From Eledone cirrhosa (lineage: Eukaryota), in NCBI GenBank assembly GCA_964016885.1, contig OZ024741.1:205158001-205222000 (forward strand): DNA of 64,000 bases, written 5' to 3'. The notes beneath the pieces were generated by a model that ran no database searches, was not told where the DNA came from, and saw only the letters and a list, made by a program, of their open reading frames with translations. Position numbers and translations under genes: made by a program. Positions 1 through 13,178 of the stretch are shown one piece after another. Numbering within the stretch: the first letter of the stretch is position 1; every line of letters begins with the position of its first letter.

Positions 1-1447
1 GAAAAACAGAAATTAACTCGGATGCAGGCAGCAAATTCGCAGAGTTATTAGGGCATCAGATTGAAAATGCCAGGGTATTTTTTCTGGCTTGCTGTGCTCT
101 GAGTTCAACTTTGCTTTTCATCTTTTCAAGGCCAATAAATAAAGTACAAATCCAGTACTGGGGTAGATTCTCTAGAAGAAATTGGTTGTGTACTGACCAG
201 GAGAGGGATGGGCTCCATTAGGTTTTAAAATGCCTAAAATATGCTGATCCAGGATGGCACACCTATGGCACCTCAAGAATTAAGAGCCCTTTACCTTTTT
301 ACAGTAACCTGGATGAGCCTGAGCTCAAAAAATTGGCATCTGTTTGTCCACATCAAAACCAGGCAGCAGGATACAGGTAAAGTACACATGACAAAGGTGA
401 TTTAAAAGAGACCATTAAAGGCTCTGATTGAAGATAGCTTGCATAAATAGGTTTAGATCACCCATACCCTCTAAGCTGGCAATAGGGAATTTAGTAGGGA
501 ATGTAAAGATCATTTTGGAAAGGGGTATAGAAGAAGCTCGGGAATTTTGGGAAACAAAAACCAAATCAAGCAGCAATAAGCTAGTTATTTTGTTTCCATG
601 TACCATGTTGTAGGTCGTTACCAGCATTATTACAAAAAAAAAGTAGATTCACATCTTGTGTATATATATATAGATACAGGTACATGTATATGTAGAGTTT
701 GTTGGTGTATATGGAACAGGGGGAACACACTGTTGCACTTGCATTGCAGTAATGAGTTCATGTCCTCACACCACATCAACTTGTGATGCAGCAAAAAGAA
801 AAATACACAGAAATGAACCAGGTGTTTCTACAAGAGGTACATAATACACTAGTTACAAGACAGTAGAATTCTTACTTCTGTTGCAGAAGTAAGAACGGCC
901 ATTGAGGAATGTGGGGCTGCAGCAGAAAGATGAAAACAATGATAAAGTGGAAGAAGACAAGTAAAAAAAGAGGATATAGCTAATGAAGTAAAAGTAGATA
1001 AAAAGAAGAAAAAATGCAAAGTAAAAGAGGAAAGCAGAATAATAATAAGAACAAAGGTGGAAGCATGGCTGAATGGTTAAGAAGTTTGATTAGTAACTGT
1101 GTGGTTCCACATTGAATTCCAGTGTGCAGCACCTTGGGCAAATGGCTTCCACTAAAACTTTGGATCGACTAATATCTTGTGAGTAAAATTTGGCATACAA
1201 ACTGTGCAGAAGTTTGCCATAAATATATGGGAAATTAATCATTGTGTTAGCCTCAACCATGTCCACATATACATGTGTGTGTGTGCACACATTTCCCCAT
1301 GTTTATTTTAACACCAGTCTAAAAATTGTTGATGCTGTTTATTCCATGTTATTTTATGTCTAGTAATTTAATGGTCTGACAATAAGTACTGTGGTTGATA
1401 TGATTGACTAAAACACTTGTATACAGTATCCTAGTATGACTGTCGAC

Positions 1448-1746
1448 CAGTGATTCCCAACGTGGGGCACACACTACACAGGGGGGCAATTTGAAAACGA
1501 TATTAATGAGAATAAACTTAAGGTTTTACTTTATTACTTTTATACCAAGGCAACTTTAGTATACATTACTGTCAGAAACTCCTGTCTTACCTCTTCCACA
1601 TATTATTGTATATCTGGCATCACCTATACACCAATTCCTTTACACTTTGCAGTTGATCATTGCTGTTTTCATATAAATGGAGTGGGGCATAACAATATTT
1701 TAGATGTTGAGGTGGGGCATGTTACATAAAATGTTGGGAACCACTG
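1448..1746. mobile_element. hAT (Charlie-like) non-autonomous MITE
   Basis: TIRs CAGTGATTCCCAAC / GTTGGGAACCACTG; 8-bp TSD CTGTCGAC (1440-1447) vs CTGTAGAC (1747-1754). Confidence 0.85.
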
Positions 1747-1787
1747 CTGTAGACCAATAAAATAAGGAGAAGAAATGTTTAACTTAC

Positions 1788-1868
1788 GTTTATTTGCTTC
1801 AGCTTTAGCAACATCTCCAATGACAGTAGTTGTTGCTTCTATTTCAGTGCTGGGGTCAGTAGCATAAC
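1788..1868 (-). CDS. Candidate 81-nt phase 1-1 internal exon (GYATDPSTEIEATTTVIGDVAKAEANK), possibly of the WAVE gene
   Basis: Minus strand: pyrimidine-rich acceptor tttctatatgtcttatatag, open frame, consensus donor GTAAGT, non-repetitive protein-like sequence. No recognisable homology. Confidence 0.45.
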
Positions 1869-3104
1869 CTATATAAGACATATAGAAATAAACATTATAC
1901 AATGTCAACAATCTATTAAAAATTAACTATTTGATGGACTGTACCTATAATTTGAGGGCTTCCTCTTCTCACAAACTCATTGTACTTTTAGGTTTACTCC
2001 AAGAGTATAATTGAACTGTGGAATATTCAGCTACTTACATTATATGATAAGATGGATTGTCACACAGTGTCAAGCTGATTATACCTGGGAATTGCGTTTA
2101 AAGTACATGAGTATGAATCATCATCATCATCGTTTAATGTCTATCTTCTACGCTAGCACGGGAATTGTCCCACTTGAGGCAAGATTGGTCGGGCGACCGT
2201 GTCTCGCTTGTATAGGACTGTCTGGCAGGTTTTCTATGGCTGGAAACCCTTCCTAACACCAACCACGTTTACAGTGTGTATGAATGTTTGCGAAATACTC
2301 AAATGTTTACACTATAATACAAGATGAACTGTACATGTGATTTAAAGAGTGAGTCTTGCAATATACAGTATCAAACTGCTGGTATTTATGATATGATGGT
2401 CCAGTCTTGACATACACAGTGTTGCATAGTGTCTGTCTGAGTATTATGTTGAGGATACAAGTGTTGGTAGAATATTTAGCCACATATAGTCATTTCTATA
2501 ATCCCCCACCTGCTCTCTTATTTGCTGCACAATGTCACTTAAGTAATAGGTGACATTGTGCAGTCTTGTCCACATTCACCCCACCTGTCACTGACCAATT
2601 AGTGACATATTTCATTCTCTATAATCACTCACTCTCACTTCCCTACTCTATATCACCACTCCTTCATTCTCCCATTAATGTCTCTATTTTATTAGCTCCT
2701 CCTATACTCACTTTCCTATTTCTCTCTTTCACTTCAATTCACTCACACCTTCCACTCTTCTTCTGGAATTGCTTTTTGTTCTATTCACTCTCTGGGTCAT
2801 GTTGCCTTCATGAACCAAGTCATTGTATGGCAGTGAGTAACATTTAGTCATATGATTTCCAAACGAACTAGTGCTGGTGTTGGGATAAAATACACCAAGT
2901 ACAAGTTGTTGGTATTAGGAAAGGAATCCAACCATAGAAACTATACCAAAAATGGAACAGACAAGTGAGACATGATTCTCTGACATGTCTAGTCTCAGAC
3001 AGTAATGACCTACCCTACCCATGTTAACATGGAAAGGGACCAGAGAATGATGATAATTATACATGTGTGTGTGTGCATATATTACATTATAAACAACACA
3101 ATAT

Positions 3105-3185
3105 AATTATTTCATTACCGAAGGTTTCAAGAAACTAGATGATTCTTGCAAGAAACATCCAGCTTGTTCGTCAGACAAAATAATT
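3105..3185 (-). ncRNA. Type I hammerhead ribozyme (minus strand)
   Basis: Reverse complement reads AATTATTTTGT-CTGACGA-long stem II-GAA-ACC TTC GGT-A-ATGAAATAATT; intact core, GUA cleavage triplet, 11-bp stem I with two G-U pairs. Confidence 0.8.
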
Positions 3186-3190
3186 ATCCC

Positions 3191-3271
3191 AATTGTTTTA
3201 TCTGATGAACAAGCTGGATGTTTCTTGCAAGGATCATCTAGTTTCTTGAAACCTTCGGTAACAAAATAATT
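3191..3271 (+). ncRNA. Type I hammerhead ribozyme (plus strand)
   Basis: AATTGTTTTAT-CTGATGA(3202-3208)-stem II (AAGCTGGATG/CATCTAGTTT)-GAAA(3248-3251)-ACC/GGT stem III-GUA(3258-3260)-ACAAAATAATT. Confidence 0.8.
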
Positions 3272-5129
3272 ATATTGCTTTGTTTATTATATAAATAGAT
3301 AGCTCTGTACAATACATAGAGCACTCTTCTTTCCTTTACCTTTTCTATGGAAATACTTTACACACACACACACATATATAAGCTGACCTTACACAATTAC
3401 ACCTCTCAAAGACAATAACTCAGGACTGCGACCTCTGGCACTATGCAGTTTTACGAAAGACCCACCCTTTATTGTTCTTGGGATGAGGCTTATACCTAGT
3501 AGGCAACGCCTTCCTCAACCTGCTATCCCCTCTCATCCACATCCCTTAGCGGTAACCATACCTCCCCTACTACCCTGACCACATCCTTTTCTCCCAAGCC
3601 CCTCTATCCTCCACAGTCCCCACTGTGTTGTGTCTATGTCACAACAAAGGGGCTCAGAGAGTTCTAAACCCCACTATCAGGCTAAAAATTCTTTAGTTAA
3701 ATATACAGAGAAAGCTTCTATTTCTATTTCATATATATTATACACACACACACACTGATATACACACTGCAATGAAATGTCCAACACATGTTAGCATGGT
3801 AAGCGAATATAAGATGATGATGATGAATATGAGTAGGTAGTGTCAGTCGATTGAACAACTAAAATATGGATCATTGGAATCAATAAGCGAACCCATCATA
3901 GCGGTGTTATTTAGTTTCAGCGGTGGTAGTACTGGCGGCTGGTGCCATGATAAACTATACCCAGGACACTTTGGAGAGTGGTAGTACTGGTGATATGATA
4001 AAATGCACCCAGTACATTCTGCAATGTGGTTGATGTTAGAAAGGGCATCCAGCATTACAAAATATGCTAAAATATGGACTGTATGAACAAGACTTGGTTT
4101 CCCGACCCATCTTCCCTCAGACCTTAATGACTCATCCAATCTATGCCAGCATGGACAATTTTCCCCCAGTAATATAAGTAGGAGTGACGTGATTTCTGCC
4201 TTTGCCTCTTTTAGCTTCATCACACACTCTAGTTATTGACACATATATTTCTACAACTGGATATTCCTTCTTACTGACAGCAACTATCACTTTAAAGAGG
4301 AAGTGGTATCTATTTTCTAAGGCTGAGGGAAATAAGTCAAAATATAAGTTTTGCATGGAGAGATGGCGACAAAAGTTGATCACATGAGCATGTATGCAGA
4401 CAAGAATTCATTAAACACTTAACCTTCCAAAAATACATCACGAAATGGCAGAAAGCAAATGTACTGTTTCTTCATTGTATTCTAAAGACACCATACAGTC
4501 AAGTTTAAACAACTACAATGGTTTTAAAATACAAAAATGGGTTTCTCAAAATACACACACAGTGTTAAACGTTTTGAAAAGATCTGTAACAGAAACCTAC
4601 TTGACTTAAATATATCTGAGTGGGGAAAAATATTAAGAGCCTAGGTTTAGGTAACAGTACTAGATTCAAAATTTAGCTACACCTTACAATATTAGTTATG
4701 ACCAGAGTGATGGGTTGGAAAAATTAGTAGCCCATGAGATAAAATACCATTGTGATATTTGTTCAGAGTCTTTACATTCTGAGTACAAATCTCACCAAAG
4801 TCAACTTTGCCTTTCATGCTTTAGGGTTGATAAAATATAGTACCTTGTGCCTAAATTAGAAATCAGTATTAGCTCCGACCATTCTGTCTTTCCTTTTTTT
4901 CAGACATAGTCCACCTAGGACTACTTTATTCAACATGTCAGCATTCATTTTTATATATATGTAGAAGTCTATGGGTGGGTGCTGGGTTCCAGAGAGACAG
5001 AGAGAGAACAAAGTAACAATTCAATACAATGTAAAAAAAAGTGTGAGTTGCAATGAAGCACACCCTCTAAATTTCAGGTTCAGAATAAGAAAACACCACC
5101 CATGCCTTTTTCTTCCCACCAGCTACTGA

Positions 5130-6445
5130 ACTTTATTATTGCAACTGTCAACATCAGTGCAATGAAAAGCAAGTCAAGAGAGATTGTGGAGATGCTAGAG
5201 CGGAGGCATGTAAATTTGTGCAAGAGGTAAGCCAGATTCCTAACAAGCAAAGAACACGTGTACAAATTTCTCACCTGGAATCAAAAAGTCTTAAACTCAA
5301 TTTAGTAAAAACTAAAGACCTAGTAAGTAGAAAGAAAAACAAGGTCTAGATCCCCTCAGGAAAATGGCTCTGCTTACTGTGTAGGAAAGGGGTGAGTAGA
5401 AATTCCATTTGTCCCAAATGCAAACTAAGGTACACAAGAGATGTAGAGGGATTTCAGCTATGCTAGCTAAGAGCGTAGCTTTTACATGTGGCCATTGTAC
5501 AGGAGCAATAAATAGCAAATGCTCACAGGGAACAAACGCTATCAAATTCTAGGAATGTTCTGCAAAAGCATTTGGCAGCTTCTGTTACCTGGATGACCAA
5601 GTTAACAGTGGAGGTGGCTGTTCTGAAAGTACAGTGGCCAGAGTGAGAATGGGATGGAAAAAATTCAGGGAGCTACAAAAGGTTTTTCCATCAAAATGAA
5701 GAGTAGATTGTATGATGCTTGTATATGAGCAGCAATGTTGCATGGTAGTGAAACATGGATGCTGTGTGCAGAGGACCTGCGAAGATTGGAAAGAATGAAG
5801 TCTGCATACACCATGAATGGTAAAGTGTAAATGAACTGAGAGAGAAACTGGGCACAAGAGGGATCAGATGCAGCGTGCAAGAGAGGAGATTGCGTTGATA
5901 TGGACATGTGGTGTGTATGAAGGATGGCAGCTGTATAAAAAGGTGCAGAGCGCTCAAAGTTGATGGAAGTTATGGAGTAGGAAAACCTAGGAAAATTGAT
6001 GAGGTATTAAAAGCTGACCTTGCACAATTGCACCTCTCAAGATCTCTGCCGTTATGCAGAAGACCCACCTTCCCAGGTGCATGGATTGAAGCACACATCT
6101 AGTATGCACCACTTCCCATGTCCTAACACTCCATTCTTTACCCATGTCCTTGCACCCACCCTAGTCTCCAGTCCACACTGAAAAGTGGTCGTTTTGGCTC
6201 CACGACAAAAAGCGCTTAGCTCACACTATAAAGTGGCCATGTTGCTGACACAACAAAAAGTACCCAGTCCACACTGTAAATGTTGTTGGCATTAGGATGG
6301 GCATCCAGCCATAGAAACCAGTAGAGACTCATACAGTTCTGTATGAGCAAGACACAGTCATCTGATCTGAATTGCCTCACAACGGGACAGCTCATCTAAC
6401 TGATGCTAGCATGGAAAAATAGATGTTAAACGGTGATCATGATGA
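5130..6445 (+). mobile_element. Decayed, internally deleted RTE LINE (same family as 14.4-17.9 kb)
   Basis: APE N-terminus remnant (IATVNISAMKSKSREIVEMLERR) joined directly to the LESKxLKLNL/PHD/RT C-terminal region, then 3' UTR modules and a GAT tail; many stops and frameshifts. Confidence 0.85.
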
Positions 6446-7494
6446 TATATATATAATGGAGTGGGTGCTTTAAATACCAGTGTACTTAAACATTAACTGA
6501 CTGATTCAGTACTCATTACATGCAAACAGTGTCTATTTTCTGATGACAAGTGTGGCAGTGACTTCTAAGTTTCAGCTAATACTTCATCTGGCATGTGTGT
6601 AAATATATTTAGAAATAACTATATATATATATATAGACAGAGGGAGGGAGAGAAATCTAAGATAAATTTACTTCTCATAATGTGTTATGATTGATGGCGA
6701 TGAAAAAAATGACTCCTTCCTCACAAGATTATAAACAGTTACAACAGGGGTGTTTAGTAAAGATAGAAAATATAAAGGAGCAAGTTTAAAATGGAAAGGG
6801 GAAGGAAGAGATGAATGAGGAAGGGAGGCTCATAATCTCATGAATAAATGGAAGTTATTTCCCCTTCCACCCACACATGACTGCATAAAACCAGATACAA
6901 ATGTACATTCCTTCGCTTGTAAATGTTAGCGTAACAATATCATCTTTATTTTTTACTTGGATTGAGATTAGATTAGAATGTAGACACGGCAGTTATATCT
7001 TAACTGTGGTGTGCTTCAGCAAGGTTCTCAGTACTACTTACTTGACTTACAATATAGACTGGCGTCTGGTGTAGGAATTACTACCACACTTGTCTCACTT
7101 TAAACATAACATCACTAAGTTTAACATCTGTTCTTTTCTTCTCAGATTAAAAACGAGTGAAGGATACACACTGTTGGGTGTTTTTCTTTTTGTAAACTGC
7201 TGGGTGCTTTTTTGTGCCAGTCTTTCTCTTGGATAAGTGCTAAGCAGGTTTTAATTTCTAGTGAGCACTATTTCATTCCACCAACTATAAGTCACGGGAA
7301 TAGACTAGAATACCATAGCTAATTAAAAAAACTCCCATTCTCTAAGTCACTACAGATGATTTTCCAACAATACACACCACTGAAATTGAAAGCTCAATTA
7401 GCTTTCTATTTATCACACACATATGATAAGTAAATAGATGTATTTGTATTTGTTTATTGTCTAGTGCACAATGTGTATATATTTATGCACATTG

Positions 7495-7670
7495 TGTTTG
7501 GCTTTTACACCTACGTCTCTTTTTCTGATTACCGAATGCTGAAGCTGGTGCATTACAGCACTTAATTCAGTTCCTGCCTTCCATCACTCCTGAACGTGGC
7601 CCTGAAATACTTGAACTTCTCCACCTGCTTCAGTGAAACTCCATTCACATGTAGAATGCACTGTGCAGAG
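7495..7670 (-). mobile_element. RTE-clade (Rex3/Expander-like) RT fragment
   Basis: Reverse complement encodes LKQVEKFKYF..TF.SDGRQE; matches the plus-strand copy near 55860-56030. Confidence 0.75.
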
Positions 7671-7684
7671 CTGGTCTGCTAGAG

Positions 7685-7993
7685 AACGGGTCGCAGGTGG
7701 TGGGTAGCGAAACAGCTACTAGATATGATGGTTAGTTGTGATATAAGCAAGCAACTGCTGGACGAATAAGTAACCCCAGACCAACAGTGGTAAACTACTA
7801 GGGGAGATGGAGCAATGGGTGACCACCAGCAACTCCCAAGAAAATTTTCACAACCCAGTGATGTAGCTATGATGAGGCGAGTAAAGGCCACCTCTAAAAA
7901 AGCCCTGATATTGCGGGTTTGATAAAGTACCAGAAACCCATGCTAGCGTGGAAGATAGACGTTAAACGATGATGATGATGATGATGATGATGA
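7685..7993 (+). mobile_element. Short non-coding RTE-derived element (structured 5' part plus RTE 3' tail ending in (GAT)n)
   Basis: Tail AACCCATGCTAGCGTGGAAGATAGACGTTAAAC(GAT)n matches the RTE 3' end at 17890-17948; the 5' part is GC-richer with hairpins. Confidence 0.55.
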
Positions 7994-9009
7994 TTTGTGA
8001 CTGGTGTAATTAAGATCACTGCAACTGCAATATGGTGAGAGGTTTTAAAGCTAATTCTTGAAACATCTACCAATTCCATGCGAACTATCCAGTACATCAA
8101 ATATGATTCACCAATAAAGAAATGGTATATTTATACTAACCATAACTAGCGAATGTACGTCGTTGTGTTTCAAACTGGAAGTCATTCACATGTGCAGCTT
8201 CTACAAAACCCGACAGCATGTTACGATCAGCAGAGAACTGTTGTGTTTGAAATGGATTTTTAGGTCCAACCTATAGTACAAAAACAACAAAGAAAAGAAA
8301 GAATTGACATGAAAGTTAGTAAATGTTAGAACAATCAACCTTTATATATATATGTGTTGAGTTGATAAGTGAGAAAAGGAGAAGAGGCATGGTAGCTGGA
8401 GTGCTACAATGAGATAATAACTAACATGTGTTTAACCATTTTGTTACCAGATTTCTAATGAAAGATATTGAATATGGCTTCCAAATAATGAAGAATTTTG
8501 TAGAAGCAGGGGTGGTTTCAGGACTTTTGGTATCTAACATTACTTCTGGTTGAGGGAATATAAAACATCTCATTGTTCCTATTTTAATTAAAACCTCTCT
8601 TCATAATTTTATGCGAGACTCAGTGGTCCATTGGCAGAATCGTTAGCTAAAATACTTTGCAGTACTTAGTTACTCTCGAGTCCCAGATAATAGGGGTGGG
8701 TGTTGGAATATGCGGGTTGGGGGCGGAAAATTAGTAATTTTTCTAGGTTGCCTCTGTTGATTTTTTTAAAAACGAGAATTAGTCATTTAGTTTACATATT
8801 GAGACCTCAACCCATCCTATTTATTTTATAATGTATGGGATTTCTAGAAACATACTTTTTTTGTCATGTATAATGTTTTTTTATGTTTAAAGAAAATTAA
8901 TTGTCACAGGAATGCTACCACTTAAAATAAAATTTTGCCAGATGGGTCTGAAAAATTAAAAAGGATGATAACCCTTTTTGATTAAAATATGCTTCAAGCA
9001 CCAACTTAA

Positions 9010-9520
9010 TAATGAGTGTGACAAGGCTGGTCCTTTGAACCACAGGTACGACAAATTTTTTCCAGGTGAGTGAACGAGAGCAATATGAAATATAGTGTTT
9101 TGCTCAAGGACACAACGCTTATAACCTTACAATAGTGAGTTGAACACCATAACCTTTAAACCACACACCTTCTCTAGAAATTATAGTCGTAGTTATTGAA
9201 CCTCCATTAGTTTTGACGACAAGTGTCCCAGTCGTTTAAAAACACAGAATAATCTGCTCATTTAATTAACATGCAAATGGCTAATCATTCCAGAGTAACA
9301 GGTATCCTTATTGTACTTCTCAGGGAGATTCAGTGTGACAGTGTATGATAAGGCTAGCTCTTTGAACCACAGGTATAACTCATTTTTTCCAGTTGAGTGA
9401 ACTGGAGTAAGATGAATATAGTGTTTTGCTGAAGGATACAAGATAGCGCTGGCAACCAAACTCACAATTTTACAATAGTGATCTGAACACCCTAAGCATT
9501 AAGTCACATGCCTTCACTAG
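9010..9520 (-). mobile_element. Two adjacent decayed tRNA/CORE-type SINE copies
   Basis: Duplicated blocks near 9015-9175 and 9330-9520 whose reverse complement matches the SINE head and core at 62807-62950. Confidence 0.6.
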
Positions 9521-10076
9521 AGATCATACTAGTATCAGTAGAAAACACCAAAGAAAGATACAGCCCATTAGTGGCTGGGTGGTTATGGAATGTTAGTGAG
9601 TAAATGGTTTTTACATGTAGTACCTACTGGTAATGTATGAATACTATTTTGGTAAAAGGATGTATTGTCCTTTGTATAAACTAAGTAGATGCTTCTGGCT
9701 GAAGAATTTGTTTTATTACATTGAAACTATTTAAAAAATACTATTAAAAATATAGGCAGCTATGAGTTGAGGGGCTACTGGCCATTTAACGGTACTTAAA
9801 ATCTAACAAATAACCCAAATATTACACACACACACACACAAACTGCAGCCTGCTAATGTCTGTTACCAACAAACCAGTAACTGGAGCAGGTTTGTTGGTG
9901 TTTTATTGAGAGGACTGGGTATGGTTTTGAAGGACTTGCTTGAATTTAATTTGTTTTGTGTGGTGTGTGTATGGTGAATGAGGTTGGTTGTAGGATTATG
10001 GTTTCCATGTGCTTGGATTCGTGGATAACATATTTGGTTTTCAAGTTAAGGCTGACAACGATCTTATATATATATA

Positions 10077-11100
10077 TGAGAAAACTAGGAGTAGATAAGT
10101 GGCTTGTGAAAGCTGTACAAGCCATGTATAGAGGAGCAGTCAGCAAAGTCAGGATTAACAATGACTATAGCAAGGAATTTAGCAAACAAGTTGGCATCCA
10201 CCAGGGCTCTGTTCTTAGCCTGCTCCTGTTTATTATCATTTTGCAGGCTATAAGAGAGGAGTTTAAGACTGGTTGCCCATGGAAACTTCTGAATGTGGAT
10301 CATCTTACACTTCTAGCTGAATCTATGGTGGAATTAGAGAAGAAATTCCAAATATGGAAGCAGGGCCTAGGAAGAAAGGGGTCTTAAAGTCAACCTGACA
10401 GAGACTAAGGTCCCAGTAAGTAGAAGAGAAAACAGAACCCAGATCCCCTCAGAGAAATGGCCTTGTTCAGTATGTAGGAAAGGCGTATGTAGAAACTCCA
10501 TCCTCTGTCCCATATGCAAACTATGGGTGCACAAGAGATGTAATGGGATCTCAGGAAGTTTAGCTAAGAATGTAGGCTTAACATGTAGCAGTTGCACTGG
10601 AACAGTAAGCAGCAAACAGCTGCAGGAAACAATTGTTGCCAAATTTTTTTTTGGGGGCTCTGTAGAAACAGTAGACAGCTTCTGCTACTTAGGTGACTGA
10701 ATTAGTAGCGGTGGTGGGTGTTCTGAAAGAACAGTAATCAGAGTGAGAACGGGATGGAGGAAGTTCAGGGAGCTACAACCACTGCTGGCTATAAAAGGCT
10801 GCTCCCTCAGAATGAAAGGCAGACTGTATGATGCGTGCCTACGAACAGCTATGTTGCATGGTAGTGAGAGCTGGCTGCTGTGTGCAGAAGACTTGTATAG
10901 ATTGGTAAGAATTGAAGCTTGCATGCTTCTATGGATGTGTAATAGTAATATACGGGAATGGTGAAGTATAAATGAACTGAGAGAGAAGAGGAATCAAATG
11001 CTGTGTGCTGGAGAGGAGATTGCGTTGGTATGGATATGTGATGCGTATGAAGGATGACAGCTGCATAAAAATGTGCAGGGCGCTCAAAATCGATGGATAA
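10077..11100 (+). mobile_element. 5'-truncated decayed PHD-RTE LINE
   Basis: MRKLGVDKWLVKAVQAMY..VGIHQGSVLSLLLF, PHD remnant, RTGWRKFREL..LHGSESW; collinear with 16380-17410. Confidence 0.9.
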
Positions 11101-11930
11101 TAAAGATGCCTAAACTTTACTAACGTAGTGAATACCTATTTTAACTATGGTCACCAATCGGAATCCACCAATTATATATATATATAGAATTCCAAAAAAA
11201 AGTGAGTAAAGACTGGAAAAATCAGTCAACCTCTAGAGGTCCTTGTGATTTTGGTGCATCACTAACTCCAGTGTGCATAGGACAGTAACAAATAGAGAAA
11301 AGACAGGATGATTGGTCTTTCAACTGTTTACAAATGAAATAAAATCTACTACAAACTAATGTGCTGCAACTAAAAATAAGAGATGGTAACAAAGCCCAAC
11401 ATATCAGCCAAGAAAAGAAAGAATGCACAGGAGGTGAAGTGAGAAAAAAAAGGTGGAAGACAACAATTTGGACATTATTCATAAATAGAGAGTAATAACA
11501 AGCAGAGAGAAAGAAAGAGTAGGAGAGAACAGAGAATGTGGGCAGTGTAACATTTAAAACATATCAATTTGATAGAATGTTTCATGTAATAAAATTTATT
11601 TTTTATATATAGCTTGCTCAGAGAGGTCTTTTAACACAAACAGCTCAGCACCACTTTTAACACAAACATCCAGCACAGAATCGAAGAGATCAGAGACAAT
11701 AACAAAATCAATTATTGATTTCAGTCCCTACTTTCTCTTATACCATGTGTATTTATGGATGCTTTGTGCTGGAAGAAAGTATTCATAATAGCGAGCCCAT
11801 TATTAGAACAGAAGACTAATAAGACCTCTCCATTCGTATTTAGATAGGGATCGTCATTCTTTCCAATCACTCCTTTTCAATTAGAGAGAGAGACAAGAGA
11901 AATTGCTCTAATTATAGAGGGATCTTTTTG

Positions 11931-12145
11931 TTAAACCTCTCCAGTAAAGTCTAAGCTAAGTGTCTGGCAAAGAGATGTAGGGACATTATCAAGTCCAAGT
12001 TAGTTGACAAACAGTGTGGTTTTTGCCCCAGATGCAGCAAAGCCAACCAAATATTCACACTGCAACAGGTCTTTGAGAAATTGTGGAAGTACTGCTAAGA
12101 GGTGTATGCCTGCCTTGAAGACCTTGAAAAGGCATATGATTGCAG
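11931..12145 (+). mobile_element. RTE-clade RT fragment
   Basis: Translates across frameshifts to KQCGF..NQIFTLQQVFEK.WKY..EVYACLEDLEKAYD. Confidence 0.75.
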
Positions 12146-12963
12146 TGTGTACTGGGTATGTTTTTTCACTTATATTTATACATTTATATGTAAGCAGTGT
12201 TTCTCCATCTCATCAAATTGGTAAATTGGGGTTTGGAAGTAGTATAGTGAACTGTATCCCTCTAGATCATTCTCCAATCACTACAGATACTAAACATCCA
12301 TCTCATTAACAAAAAAAAAAAAAAAAAAAAAGAAGAAAAAGAACTTCCATACAATTGAACAGCCTGCTAGAAATAACAGCCAAATTCTTCAATTGAAGCC
12401 GAAAGCAATGCACGAAAAAATTATACAAACCAAACATAAAAGAGGAAACTTCAGGCAATATTTATAACAAGCAAGGTCAAATAAGATAAACAGTTAAAAG
12501 TTACAGAGGGTAATGTATATTTGTTTTAGCAACATAACTTTTAATAAACTACTATAATTTCATATGCTACTATATATTTAGAAAGTTTTAACAATAAGGT
12601 CATCCACAATAGATACAATGGAGATGTCATTGTTGTTAATGATGATAGCTTTTGAAGAACAGGGAGTAACTCTTGGTTGAATGCTGTTTGGAACCTACAG
12701 ATCCAGAATTCAATAATCTATGACCTTTGATCACACTGACAGGTCTGAGGCTAGTCCTATGCACATACATACACACACAACTATCTCCATGTGGGTGGTA
12801 TTTACAGAAGGTACATGTGTGAAATGGTTGAGTACAGAAATTATTGGCATAGGTTGGTAGTACTGGTGCACTGACAAAAGCACAACTTATCCATGCAGGG
12901 AAATAGAAGTTAAACAGTGATGATGATGACAACAATAATGACGGTGATGATACTGCACATGCA

Positions 12964-13178
12964 TTAACCCTTTAGCATTTACATTACTCTATATTTACTA
13001 TTGTATTTTCACAGTAAATACTTTATTTCACATAATATCGAATCTACGAGATTTGGTATTATGTATTTTGAGAACAATTCGTTAACATAATTATGAGCAG
13101 CCGGTTACAGCCAGTTTGAACAGAAAGAGGTGAGAGAATTCTGGCTGGATATGGCCAGTTTAAATGTTAAAGGGTTAA
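12964..13178. mobile_element. TTAA-flanked MITE (piggyBac-like ends), family A
   Basis: TTAA-CCCTTTAGCATTTA ... TAAATGTTAAAGGG-TTAA; related copies at 47307-47520 and 57139-57366. Confidence 0.8.

Larger units (their letters stand above)
3089..3287. repeat. ~200-bp near-perfect palindrome (two ~97-bp arms, 5-nt loop ATCCC at 3186-3190)
   Basis: Left arm 3089-3185 is the reverse complement of 3191-3287 with few mismatches. Confidence 0.95.

Noticed and set aside
3635-3680. GGGGCTC/GAGTTCT stem followed by AAAC, possibly a decayed PLE hammerhead
   Set aside because: Core nucleotides are absent (ACAACAA instead of CUGANGA, TAAAC instead of GAAAC)
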